Positions 46,986 through 55,344 of a DNA stretch of 64,000 nt are shown here, piece by piece. The notes beneath the pieces are model-generated. The model searched no databases. It was not told the DNA's origin and saw nothing but the letters and a program-made list of their open reading frames with translations. The stretch comes from an uncultured bacterium. Its GTDB lineage: Bacteria > Latescibacterota > MWCZ01 > CAZVGZ01. Made by a program: the position numbers and the translations under genes. Each line of letters opens with the position of its first letter. Within the stretch, counting starts at the first letter, position 1. The DNA is taken from the NCBI GenBank assembly GCA_964627605.1, contig CAZVGZ010000007.1, forward strand, positions 8,362 to 72,361. The letters are read 5' to 3'.

Positions 46986-47969
46986 ATGAGCGACAAGATA
47001 CGAGTGGAATCAGTGGGAATAGTCTACAACGATGACAATCACAACGCGTTTACTGATATGTGTTGGTTCAGCGGGCGGATCTACCTCGCATTCCGCAACT
47101 GTCCCGATGGGCACACGATTTTCGATACCTCCAAAATCATCGTCATGAGCAGCACCGACGGTGCCGACTGGCGAGAAGAGTTCTCATTCAGCGTGCCTGA
47201 CAGAGATGTCCGCGACCCACACCTCCTTGCGTTTGGTGACAAGCTATTCGTGTACACCGGTACCTGGTACTGCGAGCAAGACCACGACATCAACCGACAT
47301 CTGGGCTACTGCGCGTGGACTGACGATACCGAAGTCGGGTCGTGGAACGGTCCAAAGCATCTTGAGGGGACGTACGGGCACTATATCTGGCGTGCCATAG
47401 CCCATGCTGGGAGAGCGTACCTGTGCGGCAGACGAAAGAGGGAGTTTGCACACACTGAAAGCACCGGAGATGGTGCAGCCATCACCGAAGCGGCAATACT
47501 TGAAAGCAAAGACGGCTTTATCTGGCGGCACTTGGGATTGACGCAGCCCGTCCACGGCGGTGAGACAGCGTTCCATTTTGAGGAGGATGGAACAGCGTTG
47601 GCGGTCGCTAGATGTGATGATGGGACTCCAACACAGATATGTCGCTCCAGCGCACCCTACGTCGACTGGACACAGACGGACTTGGACCGCCAGATAGGCG
47701 GTCCAATGTTGGCTAAGTGGGGCGATCTGTACTTGGTGGCGGGACGTAAATACGGGGAAAGGAGGTCTGCGGTTACGTCCCTATACCTGCTTGACGACGA
47801 CAGCCTTGAAGAGGTCGCCGATCTACCGAGTGGCGGCGACACATCCTATCCCGGCTTCGTCTCGCTCAGCGAGACCGAGGGGCTACTGTCATACTACTCG
47901 TCTCACGAGGGCAGCGGCGACGGAACCGCGCCGTCGTCGATCTATATGGCGCGATTGAGCAGGGGGTGA
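46986..47969 (+). CDS. BNR/sialidase-like beta-propeller protein (putative exo-glycosidase), cytoplasmic
   Basis: Start is ATG at 46986 with an AGGAGAAGGA Shine-Dalgarno. Blades are Trp/Asp-rich (DPHLLAFGDKLFVYTGTWY...SYYSSHEGSGDGTAPSSIYMARL). Family is uncertain. Confidence 0.5.
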   Translation: MSDKIRVESVGIVYNDDNHNAFTDMCWFSGRIYLAFRNCPDGHTIFDTSKIIVMSSTDGADWREEFSFSVPDRDVRDPHLLAFGDKLFVYTGTWYCEQDHDINRHLGYCAWTDDTEVGSWNGPKHLEGTYGHYIWRAIAHAGRAYLCGRRKREFAHTESTGDGAAITEAAILESKDGFIWRHLGLTQPVHGGETAFHFEEDGTALAVARCDDGTPTQICRSSAPYVDWTQTDLDRQIGGPMLAKWGDLYLVAGRKYGERRSAVTSLYLLDDDSLEEVADLPSGGDTSYPGFVSLSETEGLLSYYSSHEGSGDGTAPSSIYMARLSRG

Positions 47970-48002
47970 CTGCGGCCGATTTTGGTGATGCCGGTCAGCG
48001 AA

Positions 48003-48278
48003 CTACTCGGCACTGGATCCTTTGTTATTGGCCTGTTTGACCAAGTAATTGAACTCTATTTTCGAGCGCTCTTTAACAGCCTGGAAAACCAACGGATCAA
48101 TGTCGCCCATCTCGAGTGCTTCAGCGAGTTTAATGGTCGTCTCCATCGGCGGAACCTTTTCGCCGGACTCCATCTGAGAGATGTAGGTGCCCGTCGTCAG
48201 AGCGATGCGCCTTCCCAATTCTTTCTGGGTCAGGCCCTTCGCTCTCCTCTGCTTCTGCAGCATCCTTGCGAATCGCAT
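48003..48278 (-). CDS. XRE-family helix-turn-helix transcriptional regulator (91 aa)
   Basis: Start is ATG at 48278 with an AAGGAGAT Shine-Dalgarno. MRFARMLQKQRRAKGLTQKELGRRIALTTGTYISQMESGEKVP is a Cro/C1-type HTH. Confidence 0.75.
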   Translation of the reverse strand: MRFARMLQKQRRAKGLTQKELGRRIALTTGTYISQMESGEKVPPMETTIKLAEALEMGDIDPLVFQAVKERSKIEFNYLVKQANNKGSSAE

Positions 48279-48459
48279 TATTTCAATCTCCTTGATAGAG
48301 AAGCCCAACGTCCGGCATCTGGAAGGGCTCGCTCCTTAAGTAAGAGGCCAGCATAACACCATGCCTCTCACGGAAACAGATAGGGGCCTTCTATTAACCT
48401 GAAACACGCCAGCCCCCTGTTGGCGCACCCCAAAAGACCAATCGATCGGTCCGTACGAC

Positions 48460-48903
48460 TCAATTAGGTAACGCCCGCAATCGTTGCGGCTGCTCAAGAA
48501 GTTGCACGACCTGTTCGATGGTGTCGTCTTCCAGGTTTGGAAGGTGACGCACTACGGTTAGCAACAGATCACGCTGTTCCTGGTCCAGTTCGTGAAACTC
48601 CAGATTGCTCAACGCTATGCTTAGATCCTCAGACAGGTTGGAGCTTACTGAGTTGCCAAGTATCCTTCTCTCTTGGCGGCCGCGACGCCCTGATTCGGCG
48701 AGGGTGAGAAGAGGGGTGGGGTCAATAGCTAATGCCCGACTGATATCTAACAACAGTTTGGACTTTGGAATGTGCCCCTCGTTGGCGACGCTCCGTACCA
48801 TCTCATACGTCAGTCCGTGACGACCGGAGAACTTCTGTAGGTTCCGATACCCAGCACTTAAGATTGCCCGACGGACCGCATCGCCCAATGGCCTGGATAT
48901 CAT
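48460..48903 (-). CDS. XRE-family HTH transcriptional regulator with C-terminal helical domain (147 aa)
   Basis: Start is ATG at 48903 with an AAGGAGAT Shine-Dalgarno. MISRPLGDAVRRAILSAGYRNLQKFSGRHGLTYEMVRSVANEGHIP is an HTH. It is a paralog of the adjacent regulator. Confidence 0.7.
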   Translation of the reverse strand: MISRPLGDAVRRAILSAGYRNLQKFSGRHGLTYEMVRSVANEGHIPKSKLLLDISRALAIDPTPLLTLAESGRRGRQERRILGNSVSSNLSEDLSIALSNLEFHELDQEQRDLLLTVVRHLPNLEDDTIEQVVQLLEQPQRLRALPN

Positions 48904-49059
48904 TCCCAATCTCCTTATGACCAACTTCTCCTGATGACTAATAGGGAATATAGTATGAATATCAATTGCGGTCAAACCCGGGAATGCAACCCACCTGACA
49001 CGGGCACCACTTTTGTATGGATAAGCCCTGGAATAACAATATATTAGCGCCATTAAACA

Positions 49060-49310
49060 TTCGTCTATTTGAGGCCTGCCCCGTTTCTCAAAATCGCTAT
49101 TGAGCCGTGATTTTCATCTGTATTTTTCGCATTTATTGCCCTTATAACATCTATATTTACATGAGTTTATACATGATTACGGTAACATACAATATTAATG
49201 CACCAGTGATGTTTTGCACCAGAAGATTGTAAATATATAAGTTAGGTGTATAAAGACGAAAAATTTATCTTTTCTGGCTGCGACAAACCACGGACTCAGC
49301 GCCGCAGATT
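49060..49310. other. 250-bp AT-rich island (about 30% GC in a ~58% GC background) with short direct repeats
   Basis: Composition is visibly anomalous. Direct repeats TGCACCAG-N8-TGCACCAG and TACATGA-N5-TACATGA are present. It lies between the XRE regulator pair and the sensor-kinase remnant. Confidence 0.7.
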
Positions 49311-49312
49311 CG

Positions 49313-49860
49313 GTGCCATACTTCTTCAGATACGATAGCGACACTTACGACTTTATCGAGGATGGCATCGAGAGTTTGACTGGGATCCGTTCGGAGGATT
49401 TCAGCCGCAGAGCGTTTGAGGGGATAAGTAAAGAGACTGTGATGCTCGGTGATATTGAGGGCATGACAAGGGAGGAGGCCCAGCGACTCGCCCGGAGTAA
49501 TCCGAAGGTTAGATGGAAGGCCGACTATCGCGTCAAGACACGCGGTGGGCAGAGCCGCTGGCTGACAAACTCGGCCATCCTCACGGCGCTGTGGTAGGCT
49601 CGTTGGGGATATTACTGGACAACACCTATTTTGTACGAGACAACGGTGCTGGATTTGATATGGCGTATGCCGACGACCTTTTTAGACCGTTTTCCAGGCT
49701 TCACACCGAGGCCCAATTCGAGGGCACCGGAGTTGGGTTAGCTACGGTCGATCGTATAGTCCGCCGATACGGTGGCCGTGTGCAGGCTGAAGGGGAACAG
49801 AACAAGGGAGGGACCATACTCTTCACTCTGGAGGAGACACCGCCTGGTTCTCCGGGATGA
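49313..49860 (+). pseudogene. Remnant of a PAS-domain sensor histidine kinase (frameshift; HisKA domain missing; N-terminus missing)
   Basis: The PAS-like ORF is 49313-49597 (YDFIEDGIESLTGIRSEDF...[17 protein letters not shown]). The HATPase_c ORF is 49513-49860 in a different frame (VRDNGAGFD...[20 protein letters not shown]...GGTILFTLE). No H-box or N-box is found. Confidence 0.5.
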
Positions 49861-49966
49861 GTAGACAGCCCTGTTGACGTTTGGCTTGTTAGTTCCGGCA
49901 ACTTGCCTCTTCTGCTAGCGATAGGGTACTATTTGGAGCGTCTTACCCCCGGCATGGCAGTTTCTG

Positions 49967-51028
49967 ATGATCTCCCGGTCTCCCGGTTCAACTTTTCTTT
50001 TGAGCGCGTCTTCAATTGTCATCTGGGGCCTCTGCGCCTGTTCATCAGTTCCCTCGCCTCGCTGGTCGCCGCCAAAACACCTGATCGAGTATCAGACCAC
50101 ACAACTGCTCCACGGCGACTCAGAGTCCGCACGAAAAGCCCTCGACAGCCTTGTTGTGTGGAGGGATCAAACTGTGGTAGGAGTGCTCCTCGACGCAATC
50201 GGGGACACCGCCCCGGTCCCGCGCCATCGTGCAGAACGAGCACTGGAGGAGATGGCTTGGCCTGATGCGCTGATGTTCGCGGTCAGTGCGCTGTTGGATT
50301 CGGTGGAGGCGGTAAGGCGATCAGGGGCACAGCTCTGTGGTGCCATCGGTGTCAACGCCGCGTTCGGGCCGCTATCGGCAGCTTCAGACGACTCATCGGC
50401 TCCTGTTCGCAGGGAGGTAGCGTTGGCGTTGGGAGCGCTGGGCGACACCACTGCGGTAGACACCGTTGTCAGATTGGCGTCAGATTCGGTCCAATACGTA
50501 CGTGCGGCGGCAATTGAGGCTTTGGTCGCGTTAGGGGCCCGCTGGGACGTGGTGATTTCTGCTGCGGGGAATTACGACGGTCTTGCGACTTTGACCGCCA
50601 TCAAGGTGCTTGGGAGTGCGCCTGGCAGTCTGGGATTTGAGCTGCTTCTGACTGTGGCGGATAGCTCGACCTCAGCGAAAACACGGCAGGCAGCCATCGG
50701 TTCATTGGGACAGACAGGACTGGCAAACGCGGCACAGACTGTCCGAAACAGAATGATAGAGGATGATGATCCGGCGGTTAGGGAAGCTGCGGCGGGAGCG
50801 TTGGCTGCAATTGGAACTGACATGGCGGTTCCTGATCTTCTCACCGCTCTGCGGGCCGAGCCGGACCCGTATGTCCGTTCAGCCATCGCTGACGCATTGG
50901 GGCTTCTTGCTGCTGCGGAGGCGGTGGAAGTTTTAGAGGAGGTCCGCGACCGAGACACATCGCTTGCGGCCCGTCGCGCAGCACAGCGCGCACTTTCGCG
51001 CATACGCAGCGCATCTCAAGCGCGTTAA
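49967..51028 (+). CDS. HEAT-repeat (PBS-lyase/E-Z type) protein, possibly secreted
   Basis: Repeated ~30-aa units (VRREVALALGALGDTTAVDTVVRLASDSVQYVRAAAIEALVALG...). The N-terminus is hydrophobic. Start is uncertain. Confidence 0.65.
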   Translation: MISRSPGSTFLLSASSIVIWGLCACSSVPSPRWSPPKHLIEYQTTQLLHGDSESARKALDSLVVWRDQTVVGVLLDAIGDTAPVPRHRAERALEEMAWPDALMFAVSALLDSVEAVRRSGAQLCGAIGVNAAFGPLSAASDDSSAPVRREVALALGALGDTTAVDTVVRLASDSVQYVRAAAIEALVALGARWDVVISAAGNYDGLATLTAIKVLGSAPGSLGFELLLTVADSSTSAKTRQAAIGSLGQTGLANAAQTVRNRMIEDDDPAVREAAAGALAAIGTDMAVPDLLTALRAEPDPYVRSAIADALGLLAAAEAVEVLEEVRDRDTSLAARRAAQRALSRIRSASQAR

Positions 51029-51299
51029 GATGGTCCACCGAGGTTTGTTGAATTGCGATTGCGGCGGTTCAGAGGTCGCAAACGTAGTCAGCGGACCAGG
51101 GCGACTCTCCGGGCGACGCGGTGGAAACCTTGGTGGCGACAACAATCAGGCAGATGACCAATGCCGGTCGCCAAGAAATCTTGGAGGCGTCTTTCATAGC
51201 TACCAAGTCTCGTAATGCATCGCCCACAAAAGTGGAACGGCCCGACACCCTTCAGGGCACCGGACCGCGTCAATCAACCAAAAAGTCGATCGCTCTAAA

Positions 51300-51506
51300 C
51301 TACTCCGCTACTCCCAAATCGTAGGCTTCCATGCCTTTACGGCCAGGGCGGACCTCAAACGTGACCGGAGTGCCATCATCTAGCCGACGTTCATTGCCAG
51401 GCAAGACGTTGGTGATGTGGATGAACAGGTCTTCACCACCGCCATCGGGCTGGACAAATCCAAAACCCTTGTCGATGTTGAACCATTTGATTGTACCTTG
51501 TGCCAT
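51300..51506 (-). CDS. Cold-shock protein (CspA family, 68 aa)
   Basis: Start is ATG at 51506 with an AGGAGG Shine-Dalgarno. MAQGTIKWFNIDKGFGFVQPDGGGEDLFIHITNV carries the RNP1/RNP2 motifs. The ORF extension to 51602 is non-homologous. Confidence 0.9.
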   Translation of the reverse strand: MAQGTIKWFNIDKGFGFVQPDGGGEDLFIHITNVLPGNERRLDDGTPVTFEVRPGRKGMEAYDLGVAE

Positions 51507-51854
51507 GTTGTCCTCCTGCGCGGACTGCCGCCGACGCCTGCCGACGGTAAACGTTACGTGTTCCCGACTAATCAGCCAGCAGCCAAGAACCCGCGCAGAC
51601 AACGCCTTGCGACACTTGGAGACCCGTGATCATCGGACTTTGCCCGGGTTCGGTGCCCGCAACAGACTACAAAAAATCATAACCGTTACGCCCCTCCGAC
51701 CCGATATTACAGTACAAGTATCGCACAGAGGCTGCGACACAGTCAAGGGGCTATGCAAAAAAGCTGGGCCGACGCGACAACAGACTGTCGAATAAGACTG
51801 CTCGGAGTTGATGCCGTTGAATGCTGGCCACAATGGATGATGACTAAAAATAAA

Positions 51855-53951
51855 TCAGCTGGAGTGCTCTTCCTCCCACCGCTTGGCGGCATCTTCCTTG
51901 ACTTTGGAGACTTCGTCTGCTGGGACCTCCTCGTAGTGAGAGAACTCCCTGGTGTGGAGACCGCGACCGCCTGTCATCGAACGAAGGTGTGTGGAGTAGC
52001 GAAAGAGTTCAGCTAGAGGCACCCTGGCTTTGACCACGGTAAAGTGCCCAATCGTCTCAGTTCCTTGAATGCGGCCACGGCGGCCGGACATGTCACCCAT
52101 GACGTCGCCCATGTACTCGTCAGGCACGGTCACCTCGACGGAATAGATCGGCTCCAAAAGCATGGGCGATGCTTTTTCCATCGCCTGCTTAAATGCGCCA
52201 CCGCCAGCGATCTTAAACGCTATTTCGGACGAGTCCACCGCATGATGGCTACCGTCGAACACAGTCGCCTGAACATCGACTACGATGGAGTGGGTCAGGA
52301 CGCCGTCTTCCAGCGCCTCGACAACACCTTTTTCCACCGCTGGGATAAATTTGCTTGGAATAACCCCGCCAACCACCTCGTTTACGAACTCGTTGTCTTC
52401 GCCTCTGGGTTTGGGTTCCACTCTAATGGAGACTTCGCCGAACTGACCACGGCCACCAGACTGCTTCTTGTGGCGATAGGTGGAATCCGCCGATCGCTTG
52501 ATCGTCTCGCGATAGGGGATTCGGGGCTCTTCCTGATCGACCTCGACGTGGTACCGCTCTTTCAGCTTGCGGATGACGACCTCAAGGTGCAGCTCCCCCT
52601 GCCCAAAAATGAGAGTCTGATGCAGTTCTGGATCGAACTCAAATCTAAACGTCGGGTCTTCTTCGTGAATGCTGTGAAGCCCGTCGCCAATCTTGTCCTC
52701 GTCCCCTTTTGACCGCGGTGAGATCGCAACGCGGATGTTGGGTTTGGGTAGCTCAGTTGCAGGCAGAACAGCCTGTCTGGTCTTGTCACACAGTGTGTCG
52801 CCTGCATGGGTGCCTTTAAGCTTGACCAACGCGCCGATGTCGCCTGCCACCAACTCATGGGTTTCCGAGCGGGTGTGGCCCGTAAGATGATACATCTGCC
52901 CGATCCGTTCGCCATGCGACTGCGTGGTGTTCATGACGTCGGTACCGCTTGTGAGGGTGCCGCTGTAGACGCGCACAAAAGACAGCTCTCCAATATGCTT
53001 CTCGCTGGTGAGCTTGAATACCCGCGAAGCCATCGGATCCCCAGGATCTGGAGCCAATGAGAGGGAGCCGTCGCCGCTGTCAGGTGTGGCTTGTGTTGCT
53101 CCACGTTCTACTGGGGAAGCCATCAGGTCCACGAGTCGATCGAGGAGTTGAGACGTACCTATGTTCGCTGCGGCATCCGCACAGAGGATCGGGAAGATGT
53201 CTCCCTTTGCTACAGCGTTGCGCAGCCCGGTTACCAGCGTGTCCTGGTCGAGATCGCCATCTTCGAGGTACTTCTCCAGAAGCTCTTCGTTCAGCTCAGC
53301 GACCGCCTCCACTAGCTGCTCGCGCAGGGTGTCGGCTTCGTCTTGGTAGCTTTCGTCTATCGCACCTGAAGTCCCTCTGCCATCACCGGCAGACTCGTAG
53401 GTAGTCTGCTGCATATTGATCAGGTCGATAACCGCGTTGAACCCTTCGCCTGGGTTTGCAGGAAGCTGCACAGCGACCGCTCCGTTGCCGAGCCGCTCGC
53501 GTACCTGTTCCAGTACCCCGTCAAAATCGGCGTGTTCTCGCTGAAGGCCGTTAACAACGAGCGCGCGGGGCAGATTGAACTCCTCGGCATATGACCAGAC
53601 GATCTCCGTTCCCACCTCCATGCCATTCTGCCCATTGAGCACCACGACCGCATTGTCAACCGCACTCAAGCCGCTTTTAGCCTCTCCAGTAAAATCTGTG
53701 TACCCCGGCGTGTCGATTAGATTGATCCGTCTTTCGCCCCACTCAAAGTGCATCAGTGTGCTGCTGATGGAGACCTCTCGCTGAATCTCATCGGGATGGT
53801 AGTCAGATACTGTGTTGCCATCGGTAATGGTTCCCATGCGGGTGATTGATTTGGCGGTAAAAAGGATGGCTTCGGACAGTGTGGTTTTGCCCGAAGCACT
53901 GTGTCCCACCAGAGCAACATTCCTTAGATCGGCAGGTGTCGTTGACGGCAT
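51855..53951 (-). CDS. Elongation factor G paralog (EF-G2-like translational GTPase)
   Basis: G1 is NVALVGHSASGKTTL. G3 is DTPGYTDF. G4 is the NGLQREHADF region. Domains II-V are present. It diverges from canonical FusA at the N-terminus. Confidence 0.9.
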   Translation of the reverse strand: MPSTTPADLRNVALVGHSASGKTTLSEAILFTAKSITRMGTITDGNTVSDYHPDEIQREVSISSTLMHFEWGERRINLIDTPGYTDFTGEAKSGLSAVDNAVVVLNGQNGMEVGTEIVWSYAEEFNLPRALVVNGLQREHADFDGVLEQVRERLGNGAVAVQLPANPGEGFNAVIDLINMQQTTYESAGDGRGTSGAIDESYQDEADTLREQLVEAVAELNEELLEKYLEDGDLDQDTLVTGLRNAVAKGDIFPILCADAAANIGTSQLLDRLVDLMASPVERGATQATPDSGDGSLSLAPDPGDPMASRVFKLTSEKHIGELSFVRVYSGTLTSGTDVMNTTQSHGERIGQMYHLTGHTRSETHELVAGDIGALVKLKGTHAGDTLCDKTRQAVLPATELPKPNIRVAISPRSKGDEDKIGDGLHSIHEEDPTFRFEFDPELHQTLIFGQGELHLEVVIRKLKERYHVEVDQEEPRIPYRETIKRSADSTYRHKKQSGGRGQFGEVSIRVEPKPRGEDNEFVNEVVGGVIPSKFIPAVEKGVVEALEDGVLTHSIVVDVQATVFDGSHHAVDSSEIAFKIAGGGAFKQAMEKASPMLLEPIYSVEVTVPDEYMGDVMGDMSGRRGRIQGTETIGHFTVVKARVPLAELFRYSTHLRSMTGGRGLHTREFSHYEEVPADEVSKVKEDAAKRWEEEHSS

Positions 53952-54099
53952 TGGCTCAGCTCCTGAATTGGCGTATCAACAATCGTATTGGAGAGAAGAC
54001 TTGTAGATTATAAGACGCGGCAAATGGCGTGGCAACTCGTTTGGAACCAGAGATCATTTCCCCCTGGGAATTCGCTCCGCAACTATCGGCTTCAGACCA

Positions 54100-54984
54100 T
54101 CAGGCTGGTGTCTGCGGGTCAGCGCAAAGCAGGTCCGCCAAGCGTGCAAGCTCGGACTTGAGGTGCCTGCGATCGACAATCCGATCGATAAACCCATGCT
54201 CCAAAAGGAATTCGGCTCGTTGAAACCCTTCAGGCAGCTCTTCCTTGATGGTCTCCTCCCTAACTCTGTTTCCTGCGAACCCTATCGTAGCCTGCGGTTC
54301 GGCGATGTTTACGTCGCCTAACATGGCGAACGAAGCTGTGACTCCGCCGGTGGTGGGGCTAGTCATCACCGAGAGGTAGGGAAGGCCAGCATCGGCAAGC
54401 TGCGCGAGTTTGGCGCTGGTTTTGGCCATCTGCATGAGGGAGAGTGTGCTCTCCTGCATTCGCGCACCGCCGGAGACCGATATGATTATGACCGGAAGCC
54501 GTTTTTCTATTGCGGTGTCGATGAGCCTGGCGATTTTCTCGCCCTCGGCTGAACCCAGGCTGCCACCTCGAAAGCTGTAGTCGAGTCCACCTAGCGCAAC
54601 AGGCCGTCCGCCAATGCGCCCCAAAGCCGCGGCAAATGCGCAGAGTCGGCCAGTTGCTTTTCGGTCCTGCGCGATCTGATCGGAGTAGCTTTTCACCGAT
54701 TCAAACTCCAGCGGGTCGCTTGACGCAACACCTGGAGCGACCTCCTCCCACTCGCCTCCATCCATCAGCAGTGCCAGGTATGACGATAGCGGCATTCTGT
54801 GGTGGTAACCGCAACTCGGGCACACATGGAGGTTTCGCTCAAGGTCTCTCTGAAAAAGGCTCTGCCCACAGCCTCGATCAGCATCTATCCCCAGCCCACG
54901 GCATTTGACCCAAACGCCATCGGGTACAGTGCTCTTTTCCGTGCGTATCCCTAGCCCTGATTTCCACTTATCAAACCATGCCAT
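54100..54984 (-). CDS. accD: Acetyl-CoA carboxylase carboxyltransferase beta subunit
   Basis: The N-terminal zinc ribbon has Cys pairs (VKCRGL...GC...CPSCGYHHRM) and an extra approximately 9-aa insert between the first Cys pair. The carboxyltransferase core is SGGARMQESTLSLMQMAKTSAKLAQL...GGVTASFAMLGDVNIAEP. Confidence 0.9.
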   Translation of the reverse strand: MAWFDKWKSGLGIRTEKSTVPDGVWVKCRGLGIDADRGCGQSLFQRDLERNLHVCPSCGYHHRMPLSSYLALLMDGGEWEEVAPGVASSDPLEFESVKSYSDQIAQDRKATGRLCAFAAALGRIGGRPVALGGLDYSFRGGSLGSAEGEKIARLIDTAIEKRLPVIIISVSGGARMQESTLSLMQMAKTSAKLAQLADAGLPYLSVMTSPTTGGVTASFAMLGDVNIAEPQATIGFAGNRVREETIKEELPEGFQRAEFLLEHGFIDRIVDRRHLKSELARLADLLCADPQTPA

Positions 54985-55344
54985 ATCGCCTCTCAGGTCT
55001 CCGGTTTTTTGGCGTTTTTACTCCTTAGCCGTTGAAATATACCCATTTGCGTCGGCGTTCAGCGAGGGCAACCCAATTTTAACGCCGTTAGAAGCGTTCT
55101 GGTTGGGAGGTCGTCAAGTTGACACCAGCCGCTGACTACATTATTATGAAACGTCGGTAAACGGCTCTGCGGCTTGCTCGGTTGGCTACGGTGAGATGCC
55201 GTGTCATCGCCACATCTTAAGACCTCCCCAGCGCCGGACGACCATCAACAGATTGAGTAGTCAAGAGCAAACAAGCGAACCGTTTGGCGGCAAGAAGCCA
55301 TTTTGGGATAAGCTTTTTCATCTGGCAATCACCAGAGGCGAACG

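Noticed and set aside
50572-51003. 143-aa minus-strand ORF inside the HEAT-repeat gene
   Set aside because: Antisense. Ala/Arg/Ser-rich low complexity.
52044-52712. 222-aa plus-strand ORF inside the EF-G paralog
   Set aside because: Antisense to a strongly homologous GTPase gene.
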